Shown: piece by piece, positions 1-14,478 of the stretch | Layout of the letters: each line of letters starts with the position of its first letter | Position numbering within the stretch: position 1 is the first letter of the stretch | Assembly (NCBI GenBank): GCA_964016885.1 | Contig: OZ024740.1 | Location: 176,576,001 to 176,640,000, forward strand | Reading direction: 5' to 3' | Origin: Eledone cirrhosa | Taxonomy: Eukaryota | Length of the DNA stretch: 64,000 bases | Program-made: the position numbers and the translations under genes | The notes under the pieces: generated by a model | Told to the model about the DNA's origin: nothing | Databases searched by the model: none | What the model saw: the letters and a program-made list of their open reading frames with translations, nothing else

Positions 1-92
1 ATACTAACCCATACAATCACTAATACTCTTTTATTCCTAATTAAACCATTTTTCAACTGTGAACAATTTGTCAGCATTTTCTATTCCGTTTA

Positions 93-143
<51 letters not shown>

Positions 144-229
144 CGTGTGTGTGTGCACGTACATAAATATGTATGCTTACATTTACTGAAATGTTACATT
201 ACAGGTATAGTTTTGTCACCTTATAGTTT

Positions 230-268
<39 letters not shown>

Positions 269-312
269 AGAGAGTGAGGGAGGGAGGCAGAGAGAGAGAG
301 GGAGATAGATAG

Positions 313-431
<119 letters not shown>

Positions 432-1809
432 AAAATAAAAGTAGAAATTCACAGGCGTGTAGTGAAGGAATATGGTTTTTAATCCAAAAAGGAAAATATT
501 TTTATATTTGTTACATCGCGTAAATTTAAGTTTTATTTAATCTCATTCATCGATTTCGATTGATGGTAAACAGCTTATCGCATCATAACTAATGTATTTT
601 AACAAATTCAGTTCTCAGGTATAACAAATTCAGTTCTCAGGTATGTTTATTTTATTGAATATTATTAGTTTTTCGCTTGATATAGCAGGAAAGAGTCTTA
701 AAGTTTTGGGCGCTAGTCCTTCATCAAAAAATAGTATAAGAAATTAATGAAGAAATAGAAAGTTAAAGGAGACGAGCAGTGGCGGAAAGGAAGAAATGTT
801 TTAGAGAAATATACAGTTGCCATACAGCTAGCATTTCTATACTTTTACATTAATTTATAAATGAAAATAAGAAAACATTGCTTAATTTGCACACTATATT
901 TGGTATTTATGTGATTTCAACATAGAATATATAGCTTTCACTTGTCTTCAATTCATACAGGTAGCCGTTACAAAAATATAATCTATGCTCTGTTGATGCT
1001 TTGCTCTGGGTATAACCATATATACTTTAAAACTTTGAATCGTCGACAAATGATTATTATTTCTTGCCCACAAAAGATATTATTTTCTTTATCCAGGAGG
1101 ATCTATGATCCTACATAGATAATACAATTTTTCTTATTTGAAAGTTTCCTTTTGAATTTTGGAAATGCTTGGGTTTTGTAAACATTAAACAAATATTCGC
1201 AACCTTTAGTCTTCTACAATTAGTAAATCATCATTGAATGATAAATTGTATTTTAGAAACATCTACTAGAATTAAGTGTTTATTTGAATTCTCATTAAAC
1301 ACAGATGAATTTAGTTGGAAAGTTTATTTTTTATTTATATTCTTTCACCAGTGCTTTATGATTATATATAGATAATAGCTCTTTTATGGTGTTAGTAGGT
1401 TTTTATAATTATTTTAATATTCTACAATTTTAACATTACTCCAGATTAATTCTTTTAATCGTAAGTAAATTGATATTTTCATATGATAACTATATTCAAC
1501 TACACTTTTTTCATATTCGAATTTCCTATATTTCGTTTTCTTTATAATCCCCCAATATGAAATAATATTTTGCTAACATACATCTATTAAAGTGAACACG
1601 ATTTCCCTGTAATACACAAGTCATACTATTTCATTATTTACATTATGGCTAAACGTAATCAATAGTTATATATAAACCTATAAGCCTTTAATATTATTAT
1701 AGAATACATCGTTTCAGGTTTTAAATAATATTTAAAATAATTTCTTCCTCTAAAATCAATAATTTCTTCTTCTTCTTCTTCTTCTTCTTCTTCTTCTTCT
1801 TCTTCTTCT

Positions 1810-2760
1810 AATTGTTGCTTTTTATACTGTTCTTCCCGTGTTACTGCTCACCCTGTCAAGCATTGCTGTCTGAATTTACCTTGCTTCCAGCCCGGTGTCA
1901 TCTTCGGGAACATCCTTCAGCATGATGGCTGTCTTCCAACTCATCTACATACATCAGATTCTAAAAAAAGAACTCTGCCTGCAAGTTCATTGTGGCGTTT
2001 CACGTGTCCGGTTAATGCGAGCCACCTACGCCTTATGCTGTCAGAAAGGTCAAGGTATGAGCCATAGAGCAATTTTTTTCTACGTGTGTTCTCTGGGCCT
2101 TTCTCGGCATTCGAGTGAATATGCCATTAATCTTCTTTATGCCATTAATCTTCTTAAGGGCGGTGAATTGGCAGTATCGGTAGAGGGTCGGACGCCATGC
2201 TTTGACGCATAGATATACGGCCCTTGCCATTCTGAGTTCAAATCCCGCCGAGGTTAACTTTGCCTTTCATCCTTACGGGGGTCGATAAAATAAAGTACCA
2301 GTAATACACTGGGAAATTGCTGGCCTTGTGCCAAAAGTAGAAACAATTAATCTTCTTTATGGGTATTTTTGTTAGTCTCTGTAGAGGAGAATGGACTCAA
2401 CCATTGCTTTGAATAGCCTCATTTTCGTAGTTTTCTTCATCGAAGACACACACATCTTTGATAGGGAGTTGAATAGCCCCCCCCCACACACACACACACA
2501 CGCACACACATAGCAGGCCTTACCTATCCTGGTGTCCACATCGTGCTGTGTTCATAAAACTACCAGGTATAAGAAGTAATCCATTCCCTCAATGTCTGAA
2601 CCGTCTAGCACATGCGTTTGTTTATTTGACGTTGCACTGAGATACATCAATTTTGTTTTGTCAGCATTCAAAGAGAGTCCAATAGACTGCACTGCATCTC
2701 CCACTCTTCTTTCAGGTGTTTTCCAGGAGCGCTATGTCGTAGCGTAAACCATTTCTACCT
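1810..2760 (-). mobile_element. Degenerate RTE-type LINE 3' fragment, interrupted by a SINE
   Basis: Minus strand encodes QSIGLSLNADKTK (late RT motif) and LSDSIRRRWLALTGHV. It ends next to an (AAG)n tail at 1763-1809. Confidence 0.6.
2158..2350 (+). mobile_element. tRNA-derived SINE (Meta/Sauria-like central domain)
   Basis: A-box-like TGGCAGTATCGG, B-box GAGTTCAAATCC, central GCCTTTCATCCTTACGGGGGTCGATAAAATAAAGTACCAG. Flanked by duplicated ATTAATCTTCTT (TSD-like). Confidence 0.85.
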
Positions 2761-3067
2761 GAAATCAATTACCCTTCCCCTCCCATTCTTCTGTGCCCCT
2801 AGAGACCTTGCCTTTCCCTTCCTTTTCTGTTTTCATAACCACAAAAGACACTTGCATTTGTTTACAATAAAACCCTTTCTCTTTGAATAAACTAGACGCT
2901 GAAAACCCCGTAATTATACACAGAATTATAGAATGTTACATACATAAGCAAAAAGACAATAGTTCAATATTGATGAAAAAAAAAAAAAAATAAAATAAAT
3001 GAAATCATTTCAATGCCTCTAAAACTCCCATAGTATAAACAAAAGTTTATTCTTTCATATATAGATT

Positions 3068-3259
3068 AATTGTTTCTATTTTAGGCATAAGGCCATTAAT
3101 TACACAGTACATTACTGGTATTTTATTTTATCGACCTCGTAAGGATGAAAGGCAAAGTTAACCTCGGCGGGATTTGAACTCAGATCATAAAGGGACGTAA
3201 CTCTATGCTTCAAAGCATGGCGTCCGACTCTCTACTGATACTGCCAATCCACCGCCCTT
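3068..3259 (-). mobile_element. tRNA-derived SINE, same family
   Basis: Reverse-complement copy of 2158-2350 with CATATATAGATTAAT on both sides (TSD). Confidence 0.85.
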
Positions 3260-4548
3260 CCATATATAGATTAATATTAGTAAATTATAATAATTCTTAT
3301 TAATATTACTTCGTTTAGTATAATAGCTTACCGTATCACTGTAACTTGTAATATTACTGGTAATATCTCTTATATTGGTCACAAAGATAGGGGATATATA
3401 ATCTCCATAAAGGCATCACTTTTAATTCTATATTTTACTCCTATGTTCATTATATTAAATGATTTATTATATTCATATATAATCTCTAATATCGTATTTA
3501 TTTATTTCCTCTTATTAAATTTAAAATAATTATTACTCAGTAGATATCGTACAGGTGTTTTCACTATAATATATTGCCTATTACGACACTTTCTCTCTTC
3601 CTATGTTTTCTCATTCGTTTTCACTTAGGAAATTATAATGAGGTTTTGGTCATTTAAATATCTCCGGTTGTATTTAGCGGTTATTAATAGATTACTTTAG
3701 TTTTCATATATCGTATAACTGCTGAAAAATAAGAATTCCTTTTCACTCACATTGCTTCTTTAAATTCTTCATAAATTCTCTGCTGACACAAGAAGGAGCA
3801 AAATTAATATCTATGTATGAATAATAGAGGATTTCCTGCTCATTGTTCTAGAGAGGAGTTAGAAGAATAAAATGGTTTAATTGTTCGTTTTTTCTGTCTT
3901 TCTTTATTACCCATACATACACAGACACACACAGGAACGTACATACACTCTGACACACCAACACACATATACATACATGCATACATATATGATGGCGGCA
4001 ACTCGATTTCGAGTAATGCCATCGTTTCATACTTAAACATTAGCATCATGGGCGTGGCTTTTTAGTCCAGGTAGGGACTTCCCTATGGCTGGCAATACCA
4101 TGCAACGAAAAAAATGTCACGTATCAAGCAATACCTGTGTTTGAAGCTTTTTAATATTTGTATATATATATATCCGACTTCAGTAATACATTGGGTAATT
4201 GCTGGCCTTGTGCCAAAAGTAGAAACAATTATTATTATATTTTGTGTTGTTTTTTGCTGGATACATCAGTCAGTGTCAGATAACCAGCATCGGAGGTGGT
4301 GTATTGTACTACATGTTTGTTGCATGTTATTTCGCCCGATACTGACCCCTAGACTCCTGAGTACCTAAATACTACGGTAACTGGAGGTGATGTGTGGGTG
4401 TATGGATGGTATGGTCCCGTAACTCCTGATAGAATCATAGGGGCGCCGTATTGACATACAGCGTTTCTTGTGTATTTTAAGCCTGGTGGAGCCCATTCCT
4501 CTCCAGGCCTGAGTTCAGCAGATTTCTTCCAGAGAAAGAAAAAATCGG

Positions 4549-4695
4549 CCCCAGTACTAGATTGGTACTTTTTTTATCGACCTCCAAAGGGTGAAAGGCA
4601 AAGTTGCCCTCTGCGGAATTTGAACTCAGAATGCAGTAAGCCAGAAATAAAACCATAAAGCATTTTATCCGATATTCTAACGACTTTGCCAATTC
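4549..4695 (-). mobile_element. Diverged tRNA-derived SINE
   Basis: GGTACTTTTTTTATCGACC..GAAAGGCAAAGTT..ATTTGAACTCAGAA matches the same family. Confidence 0.7.
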
Positions 4696-5280
4696 GAAGT
4701 TCAGTCATCACAGTAGAAGCATCTAACTTCGCTAAACCCACAAAAAAAAAAAAACGCGGCAGTGATATTTACTATTTTCTTCGACTACCGATGAATTTTG
4801 CATCACGAATCCGCGCCAGAAAGGGTATCAATTGCAAAGAGTACTATCAGGAAGTCATATGAAGTCTACAGGTCGGAGCAAGAGAGCGGAAATGTGGGCT
4901 TTCTCACTTCTGAGTCCATTGGGAAACTGGAGCCAAGGCGGAAAATCAAGATCTACTTAGTCCTGGTGCGCATGGATGGCGATCCGTGATGCAAAAGCAC
5001 AACCAGGACTGAGACATGTAGTGAAGAAGAGTGGCTTGGGGGTCGGGAATGCCGGGTAACGGTGGTATCACTGCCATTTGGTATGTCCCTCATACATACA
5101 TACATACTCGCACACACTCACATACCCACACACACACATATATATGTGTGTGCGTTTGTCTTTGTGGATATATATATATATATATGCATATACACACATA
5201 TAGTTAACTATATATATATATATATATATATGTTTATATATATATATATGGTCAATTACAAAAAAGATAGATACCATGAC

Positions 5281-5720
5281 AGGCCTTGACTATTGAGGAG
5301 GACTAGAAAAGCTCGAACTTTATTCTCTTCAACGTCGCTGTGAGCGCTACATCATCTGCATTATGTGGAAAATATCCCATCGGCATTGCCAAAATGATCT
5401 TGTCATCACCTTTAAGGTACACCCAAGGCTTATGCCCTCGTGCTATCCGTGTTATCCTCCCACTACAAAAATCATACTTGCATCTCATAACAACAACACG
5501 GCACAATTATTTCACCTCAATTTCCTCCGCTCTCTTTAACATTACACCAAAACACATTAAAATAGAAACGGACCCCATAAAGTTCAAGACGACTCCGTAA
5601 ACAATAACTCTCTACTTGAGTGGGCTATGGTGTCCAGATCCTGATTTGAAAGACTTCGCAAGGTGGTACTATTAAGTTAAACATGGCCTGGTCAATACTG
5701 GCTGAAACCTATCAAATTAT
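5281..5720 (+). mobile_element. CR1/L2-clade LINE ORF2 C-terminal fragment
   Basis: Translates as LDY*GGLEKLELYSLQRRCERYIICIMWKI..ALFNITPKHIK, a typical CR1/L2 post-RT region, with stops and frameshifts. Confidence 0.7.
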
Positions 5721-5778
5721 AAAGTTATTTATATATATATATATGTATATATGTATACATGTAAATACACACACACGC

Positions 5779-5836
<58 letters not shown>

Positions 5837-6012
5837 TCCAGATTCGATTAGGAGTAACCGAACTTAGGTTCTCCAATATATGAAATATTCAATATTTACT
5901 ACATTTATTGAGTACTCATACAAAATAATTGACTAAATATTTGACTATACAAAGTATTTGACTATATATATATAAAGAGTGCTGTGCAGAGATGCTATAA
6001 CATATCTTATAT

Positions 6013-6200
6013 AATTGTTTCTACTTTAGGCACAAGGCCAACAATTACTCAGTACATTACTGGTACTTTATTTTATCGACCCCGTAAGGATGAAAGGCAA
6101 AGTTAACCTCGGCGGGATTTGAACTCAGACTGTAAAGGGACGTAACTGTGCTAGAAAGCATGGCGTCCAACCCTCTACCGATACTGCCAATTCACCGCCA
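6013..6200 (-). mobile_element. tRNA-derived SINE, same family
   Basis: Near-complete reverse copy with TSD ACATATCTTATATAAT on both sides. Confidence 0.85.
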
Positions 6201-6709
6201 ATTCACACATATCTTATATAATAGGGTAAAGACACTTAAAGACGGGAAAGGAAGTGACCATACATACATATTAACTCCCCCCCCCCCACACACACATACA
6301 TCGCACACACATTTTTCGCTTTCTTTCTCACATACGGCGAGATGTGATTACGAACAGGAGAAAGCTTAAGCTTCAAAAATTCTATTCTATAGAATGTATG
6401 AATTAACAAATTATTGAATGCTCAAACTATTAAATGAATGACATTGAAGAAAGAGACAGAGGTACGTGGGATGAGGATGGGGATGGTAGAGATGGGAATA
6501 TATATATTTACAAACTACGAAGACACGCCCCCTTTCCCCAGAAACTGATGGATGGATTCATACATTCATATCATCCCAACCTTCTATACCTTTTCAATCT
6601 CCGACATTTTCTTCCATACTCAATCAACTGACTGACTACAAACTAACACATAGCCTGCCATCGTCAAATAGTTGCTGCTGATTTGTGTGTGTGTGACTGT
6701 GTGTGCCTG

Positions 6710-6750
<41 letters not shown>

Positions 6751-6755
<5 letters not shown>

Positions 6756-7218
6756 TGCGTCTCTGTGTGCGAGTGAGTGCATCTGTGTGTGTCTGTATTT
6801 ATGCGATTGTGTGTGTGTGTGTGTGTGTGAAAGTGCGTCTCTGTGTGCGAGTGAGTGCATCTGTGTGTGTCTGTATTTATGCGATTGTGTGTGTGTGTGT
6901 GTGTGTGAAAGTGCGTCTCTGTGTGCGAGTGAGTGCATCTGTGTGTGTCTGTATTTATGCGATTGTGTGTGTGTGTGTGTGTGTGAAAGTGCGTCTCTGT
7001 GTGCGAGTGAGTGCATCTGTGTGTGCCTGTATTTATGCGATTGTGTGTGTGTGTGTGTGTGTGAAAGTGCGTCTCTGTGTGCGAGTGAGTGCATCTGTGT
7101 GTGTCTGTATTTATGCGATTGTGTGTGTGTGTGTGTGTGTGAAAGTGCGTCTCTGTGTGCGAGTGAGTGCATCTGTGTGCGTCTGTATTTATGCGATTGT
7201 GTGTGTGTATGTGTGTGC
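6751..7218. repeat. 78-bp minisatellite, 6 near-identical copies
   Basis: GAAAGTGCGTCTCTGTGTGCGAGTGAGTGCATC... starts at 6751, 6829, 6907, 6985, 7063 and 7141. Confidence 0.95.
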
Positions 7219-7621
7219 GTGCGAGTTTTTGGAACTCCGTCGATTCCACCGATGATTATTGCAATTCTTCGAAACACGGAACAGCCAGCTGATTTATTTA
7301 AGATGCAGGTGGTTAAGAATCCCATTGATAGAATTATACAGAGAGATTCAACTTGACACGGTGTGTGAAAATCTTGCGGTCTCAATTATAGTTGTAAAGC
7401 ATTTTTTCCTGCTGGAGCAATGTGCAATAAATAAAGTTTCTTCCTCAAAGACATAACACACTACCAGTATTCGAACTCATACTAACACTAAAGCTTTATT
7501 GTTGCTGCCATTAATTTCCAACTGACACAATAGTCTGTAAGCGGGTGTATGTATATTTATGTGTAAAACTCTAAACCATTTAAATAAAACTGTCAACATA
7601 AAATATACTAATATTGATAAT

Positions 7622-7668
<47 letters not shown>

Positions 7669-7761
7669 GAGACGTATAGAGATTGTTTTAGCAAGAAGCT
7701 AACGGCATTCTATAACATATATGCGACTATAACGTCAAGATGGGAAAAGTAGTTAATATAT

Positions 7762-7897
<136 letters not shown>

Positions 7898-8271
7898 ATA
7901 TATGTATTATGTTCGTTTTCGCCTCTGCCCCTCACCTCAATCTTTCTGTTTGTTCTTTAATTTCTCATTCAGTTTTCTAATGAAGGACTAATATCCGAAA
8001 CCTTAAGATTCTTTTCCTATTATATCAAACGAAAAACTAATAACATATTTCTTCATTGTACTCTGTCGTTTACCTTGTTATTTCTGTTTCCATTTTGCAT
8101 GGCAACATGAATAAACCTGTTATTTTTCTCTATAAACATGTTTTCCGATTCCGCCCTGCCCGTCCGAAATGTTAAGACCCTCTTCCTGCTATTTCAAGCG
8201 TTAAACTAATATATTCCTTCCATATAGTGTACCGTTTTTTTGTTATTTCTGTTTTCTTTTTACACTCACAG

Positions 8272-8313
<42 letters not shown>

Positions 8314-8371
8314 TATAAAGTAAAATGACAGGAGTTCAAATAGGTTGAATTTCCTTAATTATTTATTTCTG

Positions 8372-8430
8372 CAAACACTATGCACATTTCTGTGGGCATC
8401 GTAAGAACCTGGTGACATCATCAGGTTTAT
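8372..8430 (-). ncRNA. Type I hammerhead-like motif (weak stem I)
   Basis: Minus strand reads aaac CUGAUGA ugu..aca GAAA ugugca UA guguuu. Confidence 0.5.
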
Positions 8431-8802
8431 ATTGTATAATAAATGTATACCAAAGGAATGATGGTAAACACACTCCATGAGGCTTTAAGGGAAAAAGCAA
8501 AGAAAAAAAACAGAGAAGAAAACTGTTCTCTGTTTTTTTCTTTCCTTTTTTCCTTAAAGCCTCTTTTTTTCCTCATAGAAAAAATGAGAGGAACATTTAA
8601 AAAATAAGGAGTTTTATAATGTATATAAAATATATAAAATATATTTTATAAATAAAATATTGCGGGTTTCGATGTATCGATGTAATCCATCTTATCAAAT
8701 GTTGAATATTACAATTAAAAAAATATAAAACTTAAAATTAAGTGTTGAAGACAATTCATTGTACTGTGCCATTTCCTTTGTTATTTCTGTTTAATATTTG
8801 TA

Positions 8803-8838
<36 letters not shown>

Positions 8839-8987
8839 GCGCACACACACACACAAACATGTATATATATATGTATACATATAAATGTATATATATATAC
8901 ATATATACCTGTATATACATATATACCTGTATATATATATATATATGTATATATGTGTGTATATATTAATATATATGTGTGTATATA

Positions 8988-9093
<106 letters not shown>

Positions 9094-9242
9094 TGTGTGT
9101 AATATATAGAAAAGGCTTCTACAGGACTAGAACTGTTATTCGGGAGAAATCATCAGGAAGCCGTATATATATATTTATATATATATACTGCCAAAACTGG
9201 AATTGAAACATCATCACAGTTGAGGTATGTCAGACATCAATT

Positions 9243-9308
9243 TATTTTATCTGATGAGGACGTACTGATGAAACAGCTCAGCACCTCTGAAATATATATA
9301 ATAAAATA
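9243..9308 (+). ncRNA. Type I hammerhead ribozyme
   Basis: tattttat CTGATGA ggacgtactga..tcagcacctct GAAA tatata TA ataaaata: 8-bp stem I and palindromic minimal stem III. Family copies at 11278-11342 (-) and 33075-33140 (-). Confidence 0.8.
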
Positions 9309-9424
9309 TATTTGATCACATGAATGTCTATATTTATTAATATTTTGAAATAATATATATATATAAGGGCGGTGCCCCAGCATGGCCTCAGCCGGATGGC
9401 TGAAACAGGTAAAAGAGTAAAAGA

Positions 9425-9482
<58 letters not shown>

Positions 9483-9486
<4 letters not shown>

Positions 9487-9810
9487 CAACTAGAAATTGA
9501 ATGACATATATGTATATTTAAAATAAACACATGAAACAATGACAGGGGATAATTTATAAAGTGTGTAATCACACATAGCTAGGGCTAGGTAACTAATTAA
9601 AGTTTAACTAGAGCTTCAAATATTACCTTAAAAAAAATGATTAATCCTCCTTAATCATCTTTTAAAAGGTTTTATTTGAAGCTCTAGTTAAACTTTAATT
9701 AGTTACCTACCTAACTATGTGTGATTACACACTTTATAAATTATCCCCTGTCATTGTTTCATGTGTTTATTTTAAATATACATATATGTCAATCAATTTC
9801 TAGTTGATAT
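9483..9810. repeat. Fold-back inverted repeat (~160-bp arms) in a (TA)n tract
   Basis: Arms 9483-9644 and 9651-9810 around a TCCTCC loop, with a few mismatches. Unique tail 9811-9873 is related to 22915-22980. Confidence 0.9.
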
Positions 9811-9982
9811 AAAATGCTCGGATCTATTCATTCGAATCTTTGAGCTTATTCTACGGTGGATATGGCGCATGTCTATATATATATATATATATATACACAT
9901 TTATATACATTTATATATAATATATAATATATATATATACATATACATATATGTATATGTATATATATATATTATACACTGA

Positions 9983-10028
<46 letters not shown>

Positions 10029-10034
<6 letters not shown>

Positions 10035-10084
10035 TGACGATGTTGCAGATCTGCAACGAAAGAGTTTTGTTAGACTATATGTGT
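10029..10084 (+). ncRNA. Type I hammerhead motif of a Penelope-like 3' repeat
   Basis: ataca CTGACGA tgttgcagatctgcaac GAAA gagttttgttagacta TA tgtgt. The same sequence family lies 3' of the GIY-YIG remnant at ~49080-49140 (-). Confidence 0.7.
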
Positions 10085-10299
10085 TTGTGTCTATATTACA
10101 TCTGTATTTTTGACCGTTGGTCAGTCAATGGTAAACACTGAGGACCGAATAAATTGACTGATATAAAAGATACAGAAGCGAAAATCAACGAAACAGTGAG
10201 TGTGTTCTGTTATTAATTCTGGGAATATTATTACAACAATATGACCCTCCCCAAGTATAACAATATATATATACATTTATATATAATATATAATATATG

Positions 10300-10371
<72 letters not shown>

Positions 10372-10461
10372 CTCTACGGTTCTTATATATTTGATATATA
10401 TTTATCCTTATCGAGCCCTCTTTCGATTTTAGTCTTCAAATTTATTATTATTACTATATAT

Positions 10462-10545
<84 letters not shown>

Positions 10546-10583
10546 CTAGGGCGGGTAAATTTCCCGAGATAAAAATGTGCCCC

Positions 10584-10616
<33 letters not shown>

Positions 10617-10705
10617 CATATATATATGTATATATATACATATATATATAGATATAGATATATATATATTCATATATATATACATATATATATACATATA
10701 TATAT

Positions 10706-10774
<69 letters not shown>

Positions 10775-10962
10775 ATATATATAATACAACTGAATAAAAA
10801 AGAAAAACGAACACCGACATATACATATATGTGTTCAAATCGCAAGGGACCAGATTCGCTAAGGTGAAAAGAATACTAACTATAGACAATAGGGTTTGCC
10901 AGACTCAATTTAAGAATAAATCAAGAAAGTCAATACAAACCTGAATTGTGGTAACAACCAAT

Positions 10963-11040
10963 CACCGAGACAGCTTTGATAATACTGTTTCGCAATATTA
11001 ATTGTGAAGAGGAATACCAATTCTTGCTCATCAGCGGGTG
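10963..11040 (-). ncRNA. Type I hammerhead ribozyme with long stem II region
   Basis: Minus strand reads cacccg CUGAUGA gc..gc GAAA cag uauuaucaaag cug UC ucggug. Homolog at 39073-39149. Confidence 0.7.
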
Positions 11041-11228
11041 AAGAATTATTAGTATCCTGGTCACTTCTAAGTATATTTAACAACGTACATGTTATCTGAA
11101 CTTAGCGTGTCTCACAAACTCACAACACTAAAAATAGCAGCCGGGTTTACTCGACATTTGAATTAGCTCGACGAATTAACGGAGCCGAATATATCAAAGT
11201 ATATATATATATATATATATATACATAT

Positions 11229-11555
11229 ATATTAATTCAAAATATTAACAAAATAGATATTCTTGTGATCAAGTATAGTTTTTTATACATATTTCAGAGG
11301 TACTGAGTTAAGTTCAAAAGTACGTCCTCATCAGATAAAATAAGATGATGCATGACATACCCTGACATAGTAGATGGTTAACTCAGTACATCTGAAATAT
11401 GTATAATAAAATATACTTGATCACAAGAATATCTATTTTGTTAATATTTTGAATTAATATTAATAACTCTGGAAAACCTTTAACTGTTGAGTGCTTCCAA
11501 TCTATTGTAAAACTCATTCTTTGATGTATTCATTGAACCTTGTTTAACTTTTAAA
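11229..11555. mobile_element. Fold-back hammerhead element between (TA)n tracts
   Basis: Inverted arms 11229-11311 and 11378-11460, minus-strand hammerhead core at 11278-11342, and a ~95-nt unique tail. Confidence 0.8.
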
Positions 11556-11901
11556 TATATATACATATATATATATATATATATTTCGTTTCTGAATTTG
11601 TTTAGCAAGATTCTTTATCTGAAATCGTGTGTTGAAACCGATATTGTTATACTTTGGGACGGTCATGTTGCCAATAAGAAATATATATATTTATATATAT
11701 ATATTTATATTTTTACATACATATATATATTAATATTAATACATACATATGATGTGTTTGCGTCTACTGTGTTTTGACCTACGTTTTCTAAATAATATTT
11801 ATTGGCAACCACGCCGCCTCTCTTTTTTAATTCTCTCTCTATCCATCTCTCACTCTCTCTCTCTATATATATATATATATCTATATCTATATATATATCT
11901 A

Positions 11902-11967
<66 letters not shown>

Positions 11968-12290
11968 CCACACACACATATAGATATGTATACATATATA
12001 TATATATATATGTTTATACATAAATATATATATATACATACACATATAAATATATATATATACTGTAGTAAAGGTTTGATAGAAGTAACCACGGGTTAGA
12101 GCATTCAATTCATAAGTCGACGTTGGTTTAAATAATTACAACAGTGCCCTAAACAGGTACTTTCATTGGGTTACATTGGGTTCTGAACTCCCATCTTATT
12201 CAGCCTGTCATAAGAAAAACCTTAGGATAGGCTGAATAAGTTGGGGTCCAGAACGCAACGAAGCTTAAGTACCTGTTTATGCCTCTGTTG

Positions 12291-12363
<73 letters not shown>

Positions 12364-12620
12364 GCAACAGAGGCATAAACAGGTATTTATATATAAACAG
12401 GTACTTATATATATATATATAATCATATGCACAAATATATATATGTATATATGTGTATATACGCATATATATATTCATGTATACATATATATTTATATAT
12501 TCATATAATTATATATGCATATATATATATATAAACACACGCACACACACGCACACACACATTACACACACACACATTATACACACACACACAGACACAC
12601 ACACACACACACACAGACAG

Positions 12621-12677
<57 letters not shown>

Positions 12678-12816
12678 TATTCGATTGTTGGAAGGTACAA
12701 GAGACAGTTATAATTATATTAAAATGAACAATTTCTGGATTTGTACATTCTACATTCTACTAATTCCAGCCTATATTTATGTGCAAATATATGTATATAT
12801 AAACATACATATATAC

Positions 12817-12912
<96 letters not shown>

Positions 12913-13008
12913 ATAATAATAAAATTGAAGACTAAAATCCAAAGAGGGCTCGATAAGGAAAATATATATCAAATATATAAGAACCGTAGAGCAAATATTT
13001 ATTAATAA

Positions 13009-13074
<66 letters not shown>

Positions 13075-13532
13075 ATGCATATATAGGTATATATATATAA
13101 TGTACCGTCCAATAATCGAATATATACATATATATATATGTGTGCGCGCGCGCGCGCGCGTGTGTGTGTGTAATGTGTGTGGTGTGTATGGGTGTGTATG
13201 TGTGTTTGTGTGTGTGTGTGTGTGTGTGTAGATAAATATTTTTGTCCAACAGAGAAACGGAAAGAGACCGCGGTGAAATAAGGTATACAGCATATTATGT
13301 TGAGATCGAAAATATGTACCAATGAAATACAGGAAACAATTGAATTGAGATTCGGCGATAGATATCCACCGAAATTTGTTGATTTTATCAAGGTGGAATA
13401 GTTGAAACAGTGCAGTGCTTCAGGTCAAATGGATTACACTATGATCATTCCGAGGACACTATAAATTATATACGTATTGTTGCATCCATCTATCTATCTA
13501 TCTATCTGTCTATCTATCCATCCATCTATGTA

Positions 13533-13595
<63 letters not shown>

Positions 13596-13639
13596 ATGGA
13601 TTATTTTTCCGAGGAACTGTAATTATATATATATACATA

Positions 13640-13886
<247 letters not shown>

Positions 13887-13936
13887 ATGGATTATTTTTC
13901 CGAGGAACTGTAATTATATATATATACATATATATG

Positions 13937-14010
<74 letters not shown>

Positions 14011-14117
14011 ATTCCAGTTCCTCAGAGAAATAACAACCAGGAGCTGGTCATATCGGAGTATTGACGGAGTAAAACACTTTATCAACATGTGTGCCTGTCT
14101 CTACTACACCAATTCGG

Positions 14118-14172
14118 ATTGCCTGAAGAGGTCACAGCCAATGATGGCTATCACCGAAATATATATAGCAGT
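14118..14172 (+). ncRNA. Type I hammerhead ribozyme
   Basis: attgc CTGAAGA ggt..agcca atga tggct..acc GAAA tatata TA gcagt, inside a TA-flanked element at ~14010-14225. Confidence 0.8.
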
Positions 14173-14221
14173 ACATTTTTAATAAACGAAGCCAAATTTT
14201 AAATATTTGACTTAATTATTT

Positions 14222-14273
<52 letters not shown>

Positions 14274-14397
14274 TATATTCTGCTATGTTCTGAGTACCTT
14301 ACTTAATGTGGTTATCCCCAATTGAACCCGGGATACACACACCCACACATTTATATATATATATATGTATATATATGTATACATATATATATATATA

Positions 14398-14472
<75 letters not shown>

Positions 14473-14478
<6 letters not shown>

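Noticed and set aside
2158-2250. tRNA genes suggested by A/B boxes (also at 57657)
   Set aside because: They are SINE heads followed by SINE body, tail and TSDs, with no intact cloverleaf.
6751-7218. CRISPR-like periodic array
   Set aside because: There are no unique spacers and the context is eukaryotic. It is a tandem minisatellite.
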